Shown in pieces: positions 1-9,102 of a stretch of 64,000 bases of DNA. Location: NCBI GenBank assembly GCA_965242695.1, contig CBDESU010000001.1:704001-768000 (forward strand), written 5' to 3'. Each line of letters opens with the position of its first letter. The first letter of the stretch is position 1. Made by a program: the position numbers and the translations under genes. The notes beneath the pieces are model-generated. The model was not told the origin of the DNA. It ran no database searches and saw only the letters and a list, made by a program, of their open reading frames with translations. This DNA is from Cenarchaeum sp. Lineage in GTDB: Archaea; Thermoproteota; Nitrososphaeria; Nitrososphaerales; Nitrosopumilaceae.

Positions 1-4
1 CAAG

Positions 5-256
5 TCACCATCCGGGGTCGTAATAGGGAAACGGCGCCTCTGTACAGTCTGCGTATACGTACTTCATGAGCGGCATGCCCTTGCCCGCCCTGCATCCTTC
101 CGTGAGGGTGCGCCTCGGATCCCTGCCGTGCGCGACGATCTCCCCGCTGGCCACCGCCAGCCACTCGCCCCTGTACTTCTTGTACTCCTCTTCCGGCATG
201 GCGGCCAAGAACTTGATGTCCTCCACGGGGCTGCCCTCGGGGTCGTTCACTACCAT
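5..256 (-). CDS. DUF5678-like small protein (array paralogue, detached copy)
   Basis: Motif KYRGEWLAVASGEIVAHGRDP. Clearly homologous to four copies at 3.9-9.3 kb. ATG 256 chosen by alignment and by the CTTAAA TATA-like box about 25 bp upstream. A partner protease may lie beyond the left edge. Confidence 0.8.
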   Translation of the reverse strand: MVVNDPEGSPVEDIKFLAAMPEEEYKKYRGEWLAVASGEIVAHGRDPRRTLTEGCRAGKGMPLMKYVYADCTEAPFPYYDPGW

Positions 257-540
257 GCCGGGGCTTGGCTGGGCATCCATTTAAGGCGAGCGCAGTGCGG
301 CGCGGGCGGCGTATAAAGAGCGGCCGGCTTGGCCTGCTGCCTTGCATGCCGCCCTGCCATGCGCCGCGCCGAGGCATGCGCACGCAGCAAGACTTGGCAG
401 GTCTCCGGGCGGGGCCGATCGCCAACCGCACCGGTCGCGGCTGGCGCACCGCCGGACACGCCGCGACCCTGCCTGCGACCGGAGTCCAGATGCCGCGCGA
501 TGCGCCGGCGGGGCGGCATGTCAGGGCGCCCGCGAGGCGC

Positions 541-1071
541 CTAGTGCCAGCCGACCAGGCGGTACCTGTGCTCCTCGTCGATGATGTCTGCCCTGATGGC
601 GTCTGCCGTCGGAACGGCAGATGCGGCGGCGGCCGCCCCGTACCCGCGCAGGAGCCGCCTTGTATCGACGTCAAAGAACCCGAGGCGGCCGGGCAGCGGG
701 ATCGGGATGCGCAGGGCCCTGGCCGAGCCGAGGACGAACCCGTACCGCGCCGCCCTGCTGCGCCCAGCCGGCGTCGTGCCGCGCGACGCATAGTACCCGC
801 GCGGCGCAAGGTGCCGCGCGCGGTCTGCGTTGAGCTCCCGCGCAGACCCGTACTCTACGACGTCGAGCAGCTCGGCCCTGCCGACTATGGCCCCCGTCGG
901 CAGGCTGCGCGCGTCCATGCCGAGCCGCCTGCAGTCGGGAACGCGGACGGCGCGGGCGGCGTGCACGAGAAACTCGCCGCGCACGCGCGTGCTCCACCCG
1001 CGCAGCTCTACCGTCTTGGCGCCCGATGCGATCAGGCGCGCGTACGGCTGGCAGACGGACAGGCACTTCAA
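541..1071 (-). CDS. ASCH domain protein
   Basis: N-terminal LSVCQPYA..IASGAKTVELR ASCH signature; GAIVGRAEL; PIPLPGRLGFF. Confidence 0.85.
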   Translation of the reverse strand: MKCLSVCQPYARLIASGAKTVELRGWSTRVRGEFLVHAARAVRVPDCRRLGMDARSLPTGAIVGRAELLDVVEYGSARELNADRARHLAPRGYYASRGTTPAGRSRAARYGFVLGSARALRIPIPLPGRLGFFDVDTRRLLRGYGAAAAASAVPTADAIRADIIDEEHRYRLVGWH

Positions 1072-2733
1072 CTATTCCGCTGCCGCCCTGACGTACTCGC
1101 CCGGGCTGCGCCCGGCGCCGGCCGGCAGCCCCGTGATCCCGCCCTCTAGGCTGTCGGCCGCCATGCCCTTGCCGGCGAGCACGTTGGCAGCCGCCATGGA
1201 CGTGTTGCCGGCCATGCACACGCACAGGACCTTGCCGCCCCCCGCCGCCTCGCGTATCGAGTCGGGCACCTGCCGCGTCGTAATCATCTCCCTGGCCGCG
1301 CTCGCCGTCGGGACGACGATCTTTGACCTGTCGACGCCGAGCGAGGATGCGAGCATCTCTATTCCCTCCTCGCGCGGGGCGTACTGCATGTGGACCCATA
1401 CGATGCGGTCGTACGAGGATGCGGCCGCGGCGGCCTGCTCGACCGACACCTGGGCGGGCGCCGGCGCCCCGGACGACTCGGACCTCTCGCGGATGGCCTT
1501 TTCGTACTTTGCCACCCCGTCGGCGACGATCACGACGAACCTGCGCCCGCCCTTTCCGCTCCCGCCGCCGGCTGCCCCGCCCCCTCCGCCGCCCTCAAAG
1601 CTGGCCATGAGGAGCACGGCGTACAGCGCAAGGGCCGAGCTCTCGCCGATGTCGCGGCCCCTGCCGGCAAAGAACTCTAGCAGGCGCGAGGCCTTTGCAA
1701 AGTCGACCTCGTGCTCGGACGCGTACTCGGACGGCCTGTACATGCGCAGCCCCGACGCGTTGGCCCTCGTGCGTATTCCTGCCACGTCCTGCCCCGCGCT
1801 CGGGAACACGACATGGACGGGCTTTGCAGAGTACCTCTCGGCCGCGTACCGCGCCAGGCCGCCGGACGTGCCGCCGGTGCCGAACGTGCAGACTATCTCG
1901 ACGTCGCCGAGCGTGTACGACGACCCGTCGCCCGGCGAGAGGGCGCGCAGCTGCCCGTCGATCTCGGGGCCCGTCACGGTCCGGTGCGCCTCTATGTTCA
2001 GGTCGTTGTCGTACTGCTCGGGGCAGAACATGCCGTACGCGCCGGCGATGAGCTTTGCCAGGTTGATGACGTCCTGGGCGGCGAGCAGCCTTACGGCCTC
2101 GCCGGCGACGCCGTCGAACGGCGCGGGGTCAAACCCCATGCCCTGCAGCTGCGAGCGGACGTTGTCCGCGGCGGCGCGGGCCGCGATCTCCTCCCTGCTG
2201 CCCTTGATGCCGGGGGCCGGGCAGATGTCCATGTCGAGGTCCATGACGTGGATGCCGGCGCCGCGGAGGTCGGACAGGACTCCCTCCTGGAGCCTGCGCG
2301 AGACGAGGGCTACGACGGGAAGGCCGAGCCTTGCGACTAGGCCGAGCGCGATGCCAAAGTTGCCAGAGGTCGCCTCGATGACGGCCTGCCCGCCGCGCAG
2401 CTTGCCCGTGCGTATGGCATCGTGTATGATGTGGACGGCGGGCCTGACCTTTATCGAGCCCGACGGCAGGCCGCCGTCGAGCTTGCCAAAGACCCTGATG
2501 CCCGTGTCAGACAGGTCTGCATTGAAGACCTTTTCGGCGCACTCTAGCAGGTCGTCGGTCAGGTCGACGAGCGGGGTCGGGCATGCGATCGGGGGCACGC
2601 CGCCCTCGGAATCGGCCCCGGCCGACTCGTCGGGGTGGGGAACCTTTTCGTACATCTGCCCGCGGAACCTTGCGAGCAGCTCTTCGTCGATGGCCGCCTC
2701 GTCGCTCACGGCCGCGCGCGCCTGCGGCCACAT
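1072..2733 (-). CDS. PLP-dependent cysteine synthase-family enzyme fused to a C-terminal rhodanese-like domain
   Basis: SGSIKVR (PLP Lys), EATSGNFG, GTGGT, GESS; C-terminal VLCVCMAGNTS..SLEGG rhodanese motif. Confidence 0.85.
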   Translation of the reverse strand: MWPQARAAVSDEAAIDEELLARFRGQMYEKVPHPDESAGADSEGGVPPIACPTPLVDLTDDLLECAEKVFNADLSDTGIRVFGKLDGGLPSGSIKVRPAVHIIHDAIRTGKLRGGQAVIEATSGNFGIALGLVARLGLPVVALVSRRLQEGVLSDLRGAGIHVMDLDMDICPAPGIKGSREEIAARAAADNVRSQLQGMGFDPAPFDGVAGEAVRLLAAQDVINLAKLIAGAYGMFCPEQYDNDLNIEAHRTVTGPEIDGQLRALSPGDGSSYTLGDVEIVCTFGTGGTSGGLARYAAERYSAKPVHVVFPSAGQDVAGIRTRANASGLRMYRPSEYASEHEVDFAKASRLLEFFAGRGRDIGESSALALYAVLLMASFEGGGGGGAAGGGSGKGGRRFVVIVADGVAKYEKAIRERSESSGAPAPAQVSVEQAAAAASSYDRIVWVHMQYAPREEGIEMLASSLGVDRSKIVVPTASAAREMITTRQVPDSIREAAGGGKVLCVCMAGNTSMAAANVLAGKGMAADSLEGGITGLPAGAGRSPGEYVRAAAE

Positions 2734-2812
2734 TTAGGATTTTACCCGTCAGGGCGGGCCGCGGGGCCGCGCGCAGGAGGGCAGAGGCGGCCCTGCGGCG
2801 TTCCTGCTCTTG

Positions 2813-3085
2813 CTACGCACGAAAGACGTACACATGGCGGGCGGCCGCGCCTCCCTGCCCCGCGGCCCCGCCGGCTGCGCGGTCGCGCCGCATGCCGAGC
2901 CCCGCAAGGCGGTCAGCTACGGCGCGCGCCATCCCGGCGCTGCCCGCGTCCCAGTCTGCCCATGTGGGCGGGCTGCGGCGCTCGCGCCTGCTCTGGCGCG
3001 GGTCGTGGGTCGTCCCGACGCGCCAGCCGCCGTACGAGCCGGACGCGGCGCGCATGGCCTCGAGGATGATCCTCTTCGCAATCAC
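2813..3085 (-). CDS. small hypothetical protein (weak GIY-YIG-like resemblance)
   Basis: GTG 3085 about 25 bp after TTTTTA; WRVGTTHDP...W..W.A.S...AR...L...GM...VYVF pattern. Confidence 0.5.
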   Translation of the reverse strand: MIAKRIILEAMRAASGSYGGWRVGTTHDPRQSRRERRSPPTWADWDAGSAGMARAVADRLAGLGMRRDRAAGGAAGQGGAAARHVYVFRA

Positions 3086-3332
3086 GGCCGGCCCCGCAGG
3101 CGGCGGCGTAAAAACGGTGCGCGGCGCCCCGCCGCCGCCGTCACCCGGGATTCGGGGCGATCGCTGTCGCACGGGCCGTGCGGGGCCAGAACCGCGCTGC
3201 CTGCCGCTCCCGCTCCAGCCTGGACACGCATGGCAGGGCGTGCGGGGGCCAGCCGCGGCCCTGCATGTGCGCCGGATGGCCGCGAACTATGTCGCATCTG
3301 CGCGCGCGCAATCCTGTCCCGGTCCGTGCCGC

Positions 3333-3872
3333 TTACGGCCACGCCGCCCGCCCTGCCTGCGCCGCTATGACTGCCTTGCGAAGCCACATCGCCTTGTTGG
3401 TCTCGTCGAAGCACACGTTGAACTTGTTGAGAAAACCATCCCTGCCCAGCAGAAAGGGCGGGTTGGCGTCACGACTGCGCGACCATTCCGTGTCGGGGGA
3501 AAGCGCCGTGACGACGTCCATGTCCACCCAGTACTTGCCGATCCATGCCTCGGTTCGGAGCTGCACGTGGTACGTGTCCATCTTCCAGCCCACGCCGAAC
3601 GCGGGATGCTTGCCGTCTTCGCTCAGCGCAACGCCCATCTCCTGCACGCCCCACATCGGCACGGACGGCATGGTTGCGCCTGTGTCGATCACCGCCATGC
3701 CCAGAACCATGTCAGAATCATCTGGCAAAGCCACCGCGGGATTCCATACCCTGATCGGAATCGCCGGCGCCAGCGTGTATACGACCTTGCCGCTTGCTGT
3801 CGGACTTTCCATCTTTACGTAGTCCGAGCGCACCTACCCTGGCGGGTACGCATCGAACTCAATCGTAGACAT
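3333..3872 (-). pseudogene. retropepsin-like aspartyl protease, copy 1, with in-frame TAG at codon 13
   Basis: AVIDTGA catalytic motif and FLLGRDGFL motif. ATG 3872 aligns with paralogues, but TGG is TAG at 3834-3836. A restart at GTG 3833 would still give the whole protease domain. Confidence 0.75.
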
Positions 3873-4107
3873 AGTAGGCATCGGGAACCTCTGTATGGTC
3901 GGCGTATATGTAGTGCATGAGCGGCACTCCCTTGCCGGCCTTGGAGCCCTCCTGGTGGGCGCGCCTCGGATCCTTGTCGTGCGCGACAATCTCCCCGTCT
4001 GCCACCGCTATCCACTGGCCGCCGTACCTCTTGTACTCCTCCTCCGACATGTTGCCAAGGAACTCGACATCCTTCATGGGACTTCTATGGAGATCGTTCT
4101 CTGTCAT
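3859..4107 (-). CDS. DUF5678-like small protein, copy 1
   Basis: RYGGQWIAVADGEIVAHDKDP; overlaps the start of the downstream protease. Confidence 0.8.
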   Translation of the reverse strand: MTENDLHRSPMKDVEFLGNMSEEEYKRYGGQWIAVADGEIVAHDKDPRRAHQEGSKAGKGVPLMHYIYADHTEVPDAYYVYD

Positions 4108-4251
4108 GGCGGGCCGTGGCGGAGGTCGATACTTAAGGCTTGCGCAGTGCGGCACGGGAGTATATAAGGAGCAAACGACACTGGCTTGAAATCCTGCACC
4201 TACGCGGCGTTCATGCTTGAACCCATGTAAACCCCCTGGGGCGCGCCGGCC

Positions 4252-4378
4252 TGTGGTCGAGCGACCCCTCAAACGGCATGGGCCAACAGAGCCCTCATGC
4301 TTGAATGGGGCAGTCCGAGCTGCTGTGTTACTGGGCCGTAGAGCCCTGATAGGTGAGTGCAGCTTACGACCGACCACA
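4252..4378 (+). ncRNA. putative IS110 bridge RNA (target-binding and donor-binding loops)
   Basis: 8-bp closing stem (4252-4259/4371-4378). Two loops each carry a GGGC..GCCC hairpin followed by a 9-nt guide: TCATGCTTG (4295-4303) equals left target+core; TGATAGGTG (4347-4355) matches 8/9 the element right end+core. TGTAAA TATA-like box at 4226-4231. Confidence 0.8.
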
Positions 4379-4401
4379 CGTATGATAAAGGGGGTGATAA
4401 T

Positions 4402-5511
4402 GTGAAATATATTGGAATAGACATCGCTAAAGAGACCAACCATGCATGCATCATGGACCGCAAGGGCAAGGTTCTCGACCGCGCCATGTTTGGCAACACG
4501 GCCGAGGGCACACGCAGGTTCCTCAAGGCAGCGCGCAGGGAGCACGGCAAGTTCGTCGTCGGCTGCGAGGCCACGGGGTACATGTGGGCAAAGTTGTGCG
4601 ACATGTGCGCGAAGGAGAATGTGGAGTTCAAGCTTGGCAGTCCGTACAAGATGCGGATCATATGGATGAGCTCCAACAAGAACGACAAGAACGATGCCGA
4701 AAAGATCGCGGATCTGCTAAGGCGCGACGCCTTTCCGGCGTGCCACCTGGGCGACCAGGAGACGCGCGCGCTGAGGGACATGATGCGCGCCATCATCGCA
4801 CTCGTACAGGACAGGACGAAGGTCTGCAACAGGCTTCGCGCCCTGCTCGTAAAGTACGATTTACGCCTAAAAGCGACCAAGATCTACTCGAACAAAGCCA
4901 TTACCCAGCTCCGCGGCACAACGCTAGGCAACCACGTCGACAACACGAACATCCAGCGCCTCGTCAAGCAGCTAGAGTTCTTCAACCGCGAGATCGGCCT
5001 TGCAGAGAAGGATGTTCTCCGCGAGGCGGCAAACTCAAAGTTTGCCCCGACGGTGCGCCGGATCGTCAGCATGACTGGCGTCGACGCGTACTCTGCGCTG
5101 CTGATTTCAGCAGAGCTGGACGGCATAGATCGATTCTCGGATCCCAAGAAGATTATCTCGACGGTAGGCATGTGCCCAAGCGTGCACCAGTCGGGAGACT
5201 CTCTACGCCATGGCGGCATGAAAAAGCTCGACGTTAACCGCAAGCTCAACTGGATAATGATTCAGGTGGCATCAGTGGCAGTCCGCTACGACGACCACCT
5301 GAAGAAGTACTATGAGCACGTCAAGAAGCGACACGGCGGCAAGCACGTGATCGCGGTCACACACGTGGCCAACAAGATGTTGCGGATAATGTGGGCCATG
5401 GAGCGAGACCATACGCTATATTGGTACCGCAACGAAAAGCTGTACCAGAGCAAGCTGGCAAAACTCGACAAGGCGATGCGTTCCGACACGACTCAGAAGA
5501 TCCAGGGGTAG
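4402..5511 (+). CDS. IS110-family transposase/recombinase
   Basis: YIGIDIAK, CEATG and KNDKNDA give the DEDD RuvC-like residues; C-terminal HQSG serine motif. GTG start after a GGGGTGA ribosome-binding site. Confidence 0.95.
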   Translation: MKYIGIDIAKETNHACIMDRKGKVLDRAMFGNTAEGTRRFLKAARREHGKFVVGCEATGYMWAKLCDMCAKENVEFKLGSPYKMRIIWMSSNKNDKNDAEKIADLLRRDAFPACHLGDQETRALRDMMRAIIALVQDRTKVCNRLRALLVKYDLRLKATKIYSNKAITQLRGTTLGNHVDNTNIQRLVKQLEFFNREIGLAEKDVLREAANSKFAPTVRRIVSMTGVDAYSALLISAELDGIDRFSDPKKIISTVGMCPSVHQSGDSLRHGGMKKLDVNRKLNWIMIQVASVAVRYDDHLKKYYEHVKKRHGGKHVIAVTHVANKMLRIMWAMERDHTLYWYRNEKLYQSKLAKLDKAMRSDTTQKIQG

Positions 5512-6122
5512 TTTTTTCCCGACCAGCACCCGAAGCCTGGCCTACCGGCCGGGCCGCATCGAGGCCCCCGGCCCCCGCCGGTTGCCGCCCCCATAGGGGG
5601 CGACGCGAGCAATGTTTAAGAAGGATGCCGCCGGCCGGCCCTCGGTCGCATGACGCAGGACACCGACTTGGCCGGCGCGCCCCTGGGGGTTTCATAGGTG
5701 GCCGCCGAAGCCCGCCATGCGCGCAAGGCGAATCGGCGGTGGTGATCCGACAGGCGCTGTCCGCCGCCGCCGATCGCCGCAAGCGCCTTGTCCGCCATGC
5801 CGCCGAGCGCACTAGTGCCACCGTCCCGCGCTGCCGTCCTCCTATAGTCCCGAGCATAAGTTCCCGACCCTTTTATGTGCATCGATTAGGCGTCGATGCA
5901 GCAAAAAGAGGGTCAAGGACATGTGCTCGTGACTATACTCGGGGCGATCGCCGATGTGCGGGCTGTGCGGGCCAGAGCCGAGCTGTCCGCTGCGCTCGCA
6001 CCCGCCAGCCTAGACACGCATGGCAGGGCGTGCGGGGGCCCGCCGCGGCCCTGCGTGTGCGCCGGATGGTCGCGATCTGTGCCGCATCCATGCACATGGA
6101 ATTCCGATCTGGGTCGTACCAC

Positions 6123-6665
6123 TCACGGCCACGCCGCCCGCCCAGCCTGCGCCTCCATGATGGCCTTGCGAAGCCACATCGCCTTGTTGGTCTCGTCGAA
6201 GCACACGTTGAACTTGTTGAGAAAGCCGTCGCGTCCCAGCAGGAACGGCGGGTTGGCGTCACGCCTGCGCGACCATTCCGTGTCGGGGGAAAGCGCCGCG
6301 ACGACGCCCATATCCACCCAGTACATGCCGATCCACGCCTCGATGCGGACCAGCACGCGGTACGCATCCATCTGCCAGCCCACGCCGAATGCAGGCTGCT
6401 TGCTGTCTTTGCTCAGCACAATGCCAAGCTCCTGCACGCCCCACATCGGCACGGATGGCCTGACTGCGCCTGTGTCGATCACCGCCGTGCCCTGAATTAT
6501 GCTGTAGGCATCCGACAAAGCCACCGCGGGATTTCGCACCCTGATCGGAATCGCCGGCGCCAGTACGTAGGCGACCCTGCCGCTTGCCGTCGGCCTTTCA
6601 ACCTCCGTGTAGTCCGAGCGCACCCACCCTGGCGGGAACGCATCGAAATCAATCTTCGAAGACAT
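6123..6665 (-). CDS. retropepsin-like aspartyl protease, copy 2 (intact)
   Basis: MSSKIDFDAFPPGW...AVIDTGA...FLLGRDGFLNKFNVCFD. Confidence 0.85.
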   Translation of the reverse strand: MSSKIDFDAFPPGWVRSDYTEVERPTASGRVAYVLAPAIPIRVRNPAVALSDAYSIIQGTAVIDTGAVRPSVPMWGVQELGIVLSKDSKQPAFGVGWQMDAYRVLVRIEAWIGMYWVDMGVVAALSPDTEWSRRRDANPPFLLGRDGFLNKFNVCFDETNKAMWLRKAIMEAQAGRAAWP

Positions 6666-6900
6666 AGTAGGCCTCGGGGACTTCCGTATGGTCGGCGTAG
6701 ATGTAGTCCATGTGTGGCACTCCCTTGCCGGCCCTGCAGCCGTCCTGGTGGACGCGCCTCGGATCCTTGCCGTGCGCGACGATCTTCCCGTCTGCCACCG
6801 CCACCCACTGGCCGCCGTACCTCTTGTACTCCTCCTCCGGCATGGTGGCAAGGAACTTGACATCCTTCATGGGGCTCTTATAGAGATCGTCCACTGTCAT
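6649..6900 (-). CDS. DUF5678-like small protein, copy 2
   Basis: RYGGQWVAVADGKIVAHGKDP; overlaps the protease start. Confidence 0.8.
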   Translation of the reverse strand: MTVDDLYKSPMKDVKFLATMPEEEYKRYGGQWVAVADGKIVAHGKDPRRVHQDGCRAGKGVPHMDYIYADHTEVPEAYYVFED

Positions 6901-7338
6901 GCCGGGCCTTGGCGGAGGCCGACACTTAAGGCTTGCGCAGTGCGGCATGGAAGTATATAAGGAGCAAACGACACTGGCTTGAAAATCTGCACCTATGCGG
7001 CGTTCATGCTTGGCCGCCGAAGCCCGCCATGCGCGCAAGGCGAATCGGCGGTGGTGATCCGACAGGCGCTGTCCGCCGCCGCCGATCGCCGCAAGCGCCT
7101 TGTCCGCCATGCCGCCGAGCGCACTAGTGCTACCGTCCCGCGCTGCCGTCCTCCTGCTCGGGGCGATCGCTGTCGCACGGGCCGTGCGGGGCCAGAACCG
7201 CGCTGCCTGCCGCTCCCGCTCCAGCCTGGACACGCATGGCAGGGCGTGCGGGGGCCAGCCGCGGCCCTGCATGTGCGCCGGATGGCCGCGAACTATGTCG
7301 CATCTGCGCGCGCGCAATCCTGTCCCGGTCCGTGCCGC

Positions 7339-7884
7339 TTACGGCCACGCCGCCCGCCCTGCCTGCGCCGCTATGACTGCCTTGCGAAGCCACATCGCCT
7401 TGTTGGTCTCGTCGAAGCACACGTTGAACTTGTTGAGAAAGCCGTCGCGTCCCAGCAGAAAGGGCGGGTTGGCGTCACGACTGCGCGACCATTCCGTGTC
7501 GGGGGAAAGCGCCGTGACGACGTCCATGTCCACCCAATACTTGCCGATCCATGCCTTGATGCAGACCAGCACGCGGTGCGCATCCATCTGCCAGCCCACG
7601 CCAAACGCAGGATGCTTGTCGTCTTCGCTCAGCGCAACGCCCATCTCCTGCACGCCCCACATCGGCACGGACGGCATGGTTGCGCCTGTGTCGATCACCG
7701 CTGTGCCCTGAATTATACTGTAGGCATCCGGCAAAGCCGTAGCCGCGGGGTTTCGAACCCTGATCGGAATCGCCGGCGCCAATACGTAGGCTACCCTGCC
7801 GCTTGCCGTCGGCTTTCCCACCTCCGTGTAGTCCGAGTGCACCCACCCTGGCGGGAACGCATCGAAGTCAATCTTCGAAGATAT
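7339..7884 (-). CDS. retropepsin-like aspartyl protease, copy 3 (aligned start codon is ATA; possibly truncated or pseudogene)
   Basis: DTGA and LLGRD motifs intact. The position equivalent to the paralogues' ATG reads ATA (7882-7884). Confidence 0.75.
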   Translation of the reverse strand: MSSKIDFDAFPPGWVHSDYTEVGKPTASGRVAYVLAPAIPIRVRNPAATALPDAYSIIQGTAVIDTGATMPSVPMWGVQEMGVALSEDDKHPAFGVGWQMDAHRVLVCIKAWIGKYWVDMDVVTALSPDTEWSRSRDANPPFLLGRDGFLNKFNVCFDETNKAMWLRKAVIAAQAGRAAWP

Positions 7885-8119
7885 AGTAGGCAGGTGGGAC
7901 TTCCGTGTGGTCGGCGTAGATGTAGTCCATGAGCGGCACTCCTTTGCCGGCCTCTGATCCCTCCTTGTGGACGCGTTCAGGATCCTTCCCATGCGCGACG
8001 ATCTCCCCGTCGGCCACAGCCACCCACTGGCCGCCGTACCTCTTGTACTCCTCCTCCGGCATGGTGGCAAGGAACTTGACATCCTTCATGGGGCTCCTGT
8101 AGCGGTCGTTCTCTGCCAT
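7868..8119 (-). CDS. DUF5678-like small protein, copy 3
   Basis: RYGGQWVAVADGEIVAHGKDP. Confidence 0.8.
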   Translation of the reverse strand: MAENDRYRSPMKDVKFLATMPEEEYKRYGGQWVAVADGEIVAHGKDPERVHKEGSEAGKGVPLMDYIYADHTEVPPAYYIFED

Positions 8120-8589
8120 GGCGGGCCGTGGCAAGGGCCGGCATTTAGGGCTTGCGCAGTGCGGCACGGGAGTATATAAGGAACAGACCACAACGGCTTG
8201 GAATTCTGCACCTGTACGGCATTCTGCCTTGGCCGACGCGGTGGCATGCGCGCGAGGCAATCGCCGGTGGCGACCTGACTGGAGCTGCCCGCCGCCGCCG
8301 ATCGTTGCATGTGCCCTGCCCGCCATGCCGTCGGGCGCGCCCGCGGCCGGCGTTCGGACGCGGCCGTTACATGGGCTAGGTGCGATCGTCGCCGCGCAGT
8401 CCGTGCGGGGCAGGAACCGCACTGCCCGCCGCTCTCGCACCGACCCCCCTTGGACACACATGGCAGTGCGCATGGAACCCTGACATGGCCCTGCGCGTGC
8501 GCCGAACGGGAACGATCCGCCACCTGCGCATGCGTATAATCCGCCCCGGCATGCAGCTCACGGCCACGCTGCCCGCCCCGCCTGCGCCT

Positions 8590-9102
8590 CTATATGACGG
8601 CCTTGCGAAGCCACATCGCCTTGTTGGGCTCGTCGAAGCACACGTTATACCTGCTCAGAAAGCCGTTCCTGCCCAGCAGGATCGGCAGGCGGGCTCTCTG
8701 CCCGCGCGACCATTCAGTGTCGGGGGACAGCGCTGGGACGACATCGTTATCCGTCCAGGTGCCGTCGATCCACGCCTCGACGCCGACCTGTATGCAGTAC
8801 GCGTCGATCTGGCCGCCGACGCCAAACGCCGGCTGCTTGCTGTCCTCGCTCACCGCAATGCCAAGGCGGTGCACCATCCACAACGGAACGGATGATATCG
8901 TTGCACCGGTGTCGACCATGGCGTTGCCCAGGATCGCGTTCAAAGGATCTGACAAATCCTTCATGGGATTTCGGATTATGATGGGAACTGCTGGAGCCAG
9001 TGTGGAGACAATCTTGCCGCTCGAACTCGGCGGCCATATCTCGATATAGTCGCTACGTATCCACCCTGGCGGAAACCCGCTGGGGTCACTCCTCGGTGGC
9101 AT
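8590..9102 (-). CDS. retropepsin-like aspartyl protease, copy 4 (most divergent)
   Basis: AMVDTGA; ILLGRNGFL; NVCFDEPNKAMWLRK. Confidence 0.85.
   Translation of the reverse strand: MPPRSDPSGFPPGWIRSDYIEIWPPSSSGKIVSTLAPAVPIIIRNPMKDLSDPLNAILGNAMVDTGATISSVPLWMVHRLGIAVSEDSKQPAFGVGGQIDAYCIQVGVEAWIDGTWTDNDVVPALSPDTEWSRGQRARLPILLGRNGFLSRYNVCFDEPNKAMWLRKAVI

Larger units (their letters stand above)
4218..5700 (+). mobile_element. IS110-family insertion sequence with sub-terminal inverted repeats (IS1111-like ends), TG core
   Basis: Comparison with the empty paralogous site at 7001-7020 (cgttcatgct-TG-gccgccga) places a TG core at 4218-4219 and 5699-5700. Sub-terminal IRs at 4229-4251 and 5670-5692 match 22/23. 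Confidence 0.92.

Noticed and set aside
830-2737. Long antisense ORFs (also 18511-20829, 52243-54978 and the first 300 aa of 11165-13306)
   Set aside because: Shadow frames of real genes in high-GC DNA; Arg/Ala/Ser/Pro-rich with no motifs.
5512-5698. Bridge/seek RNA in the right end of the IS110 element, as is typical of IS1111
   Set aside because: GC-rich hairpins are present, but I found no comparable match to the target; the guides are in the left end.
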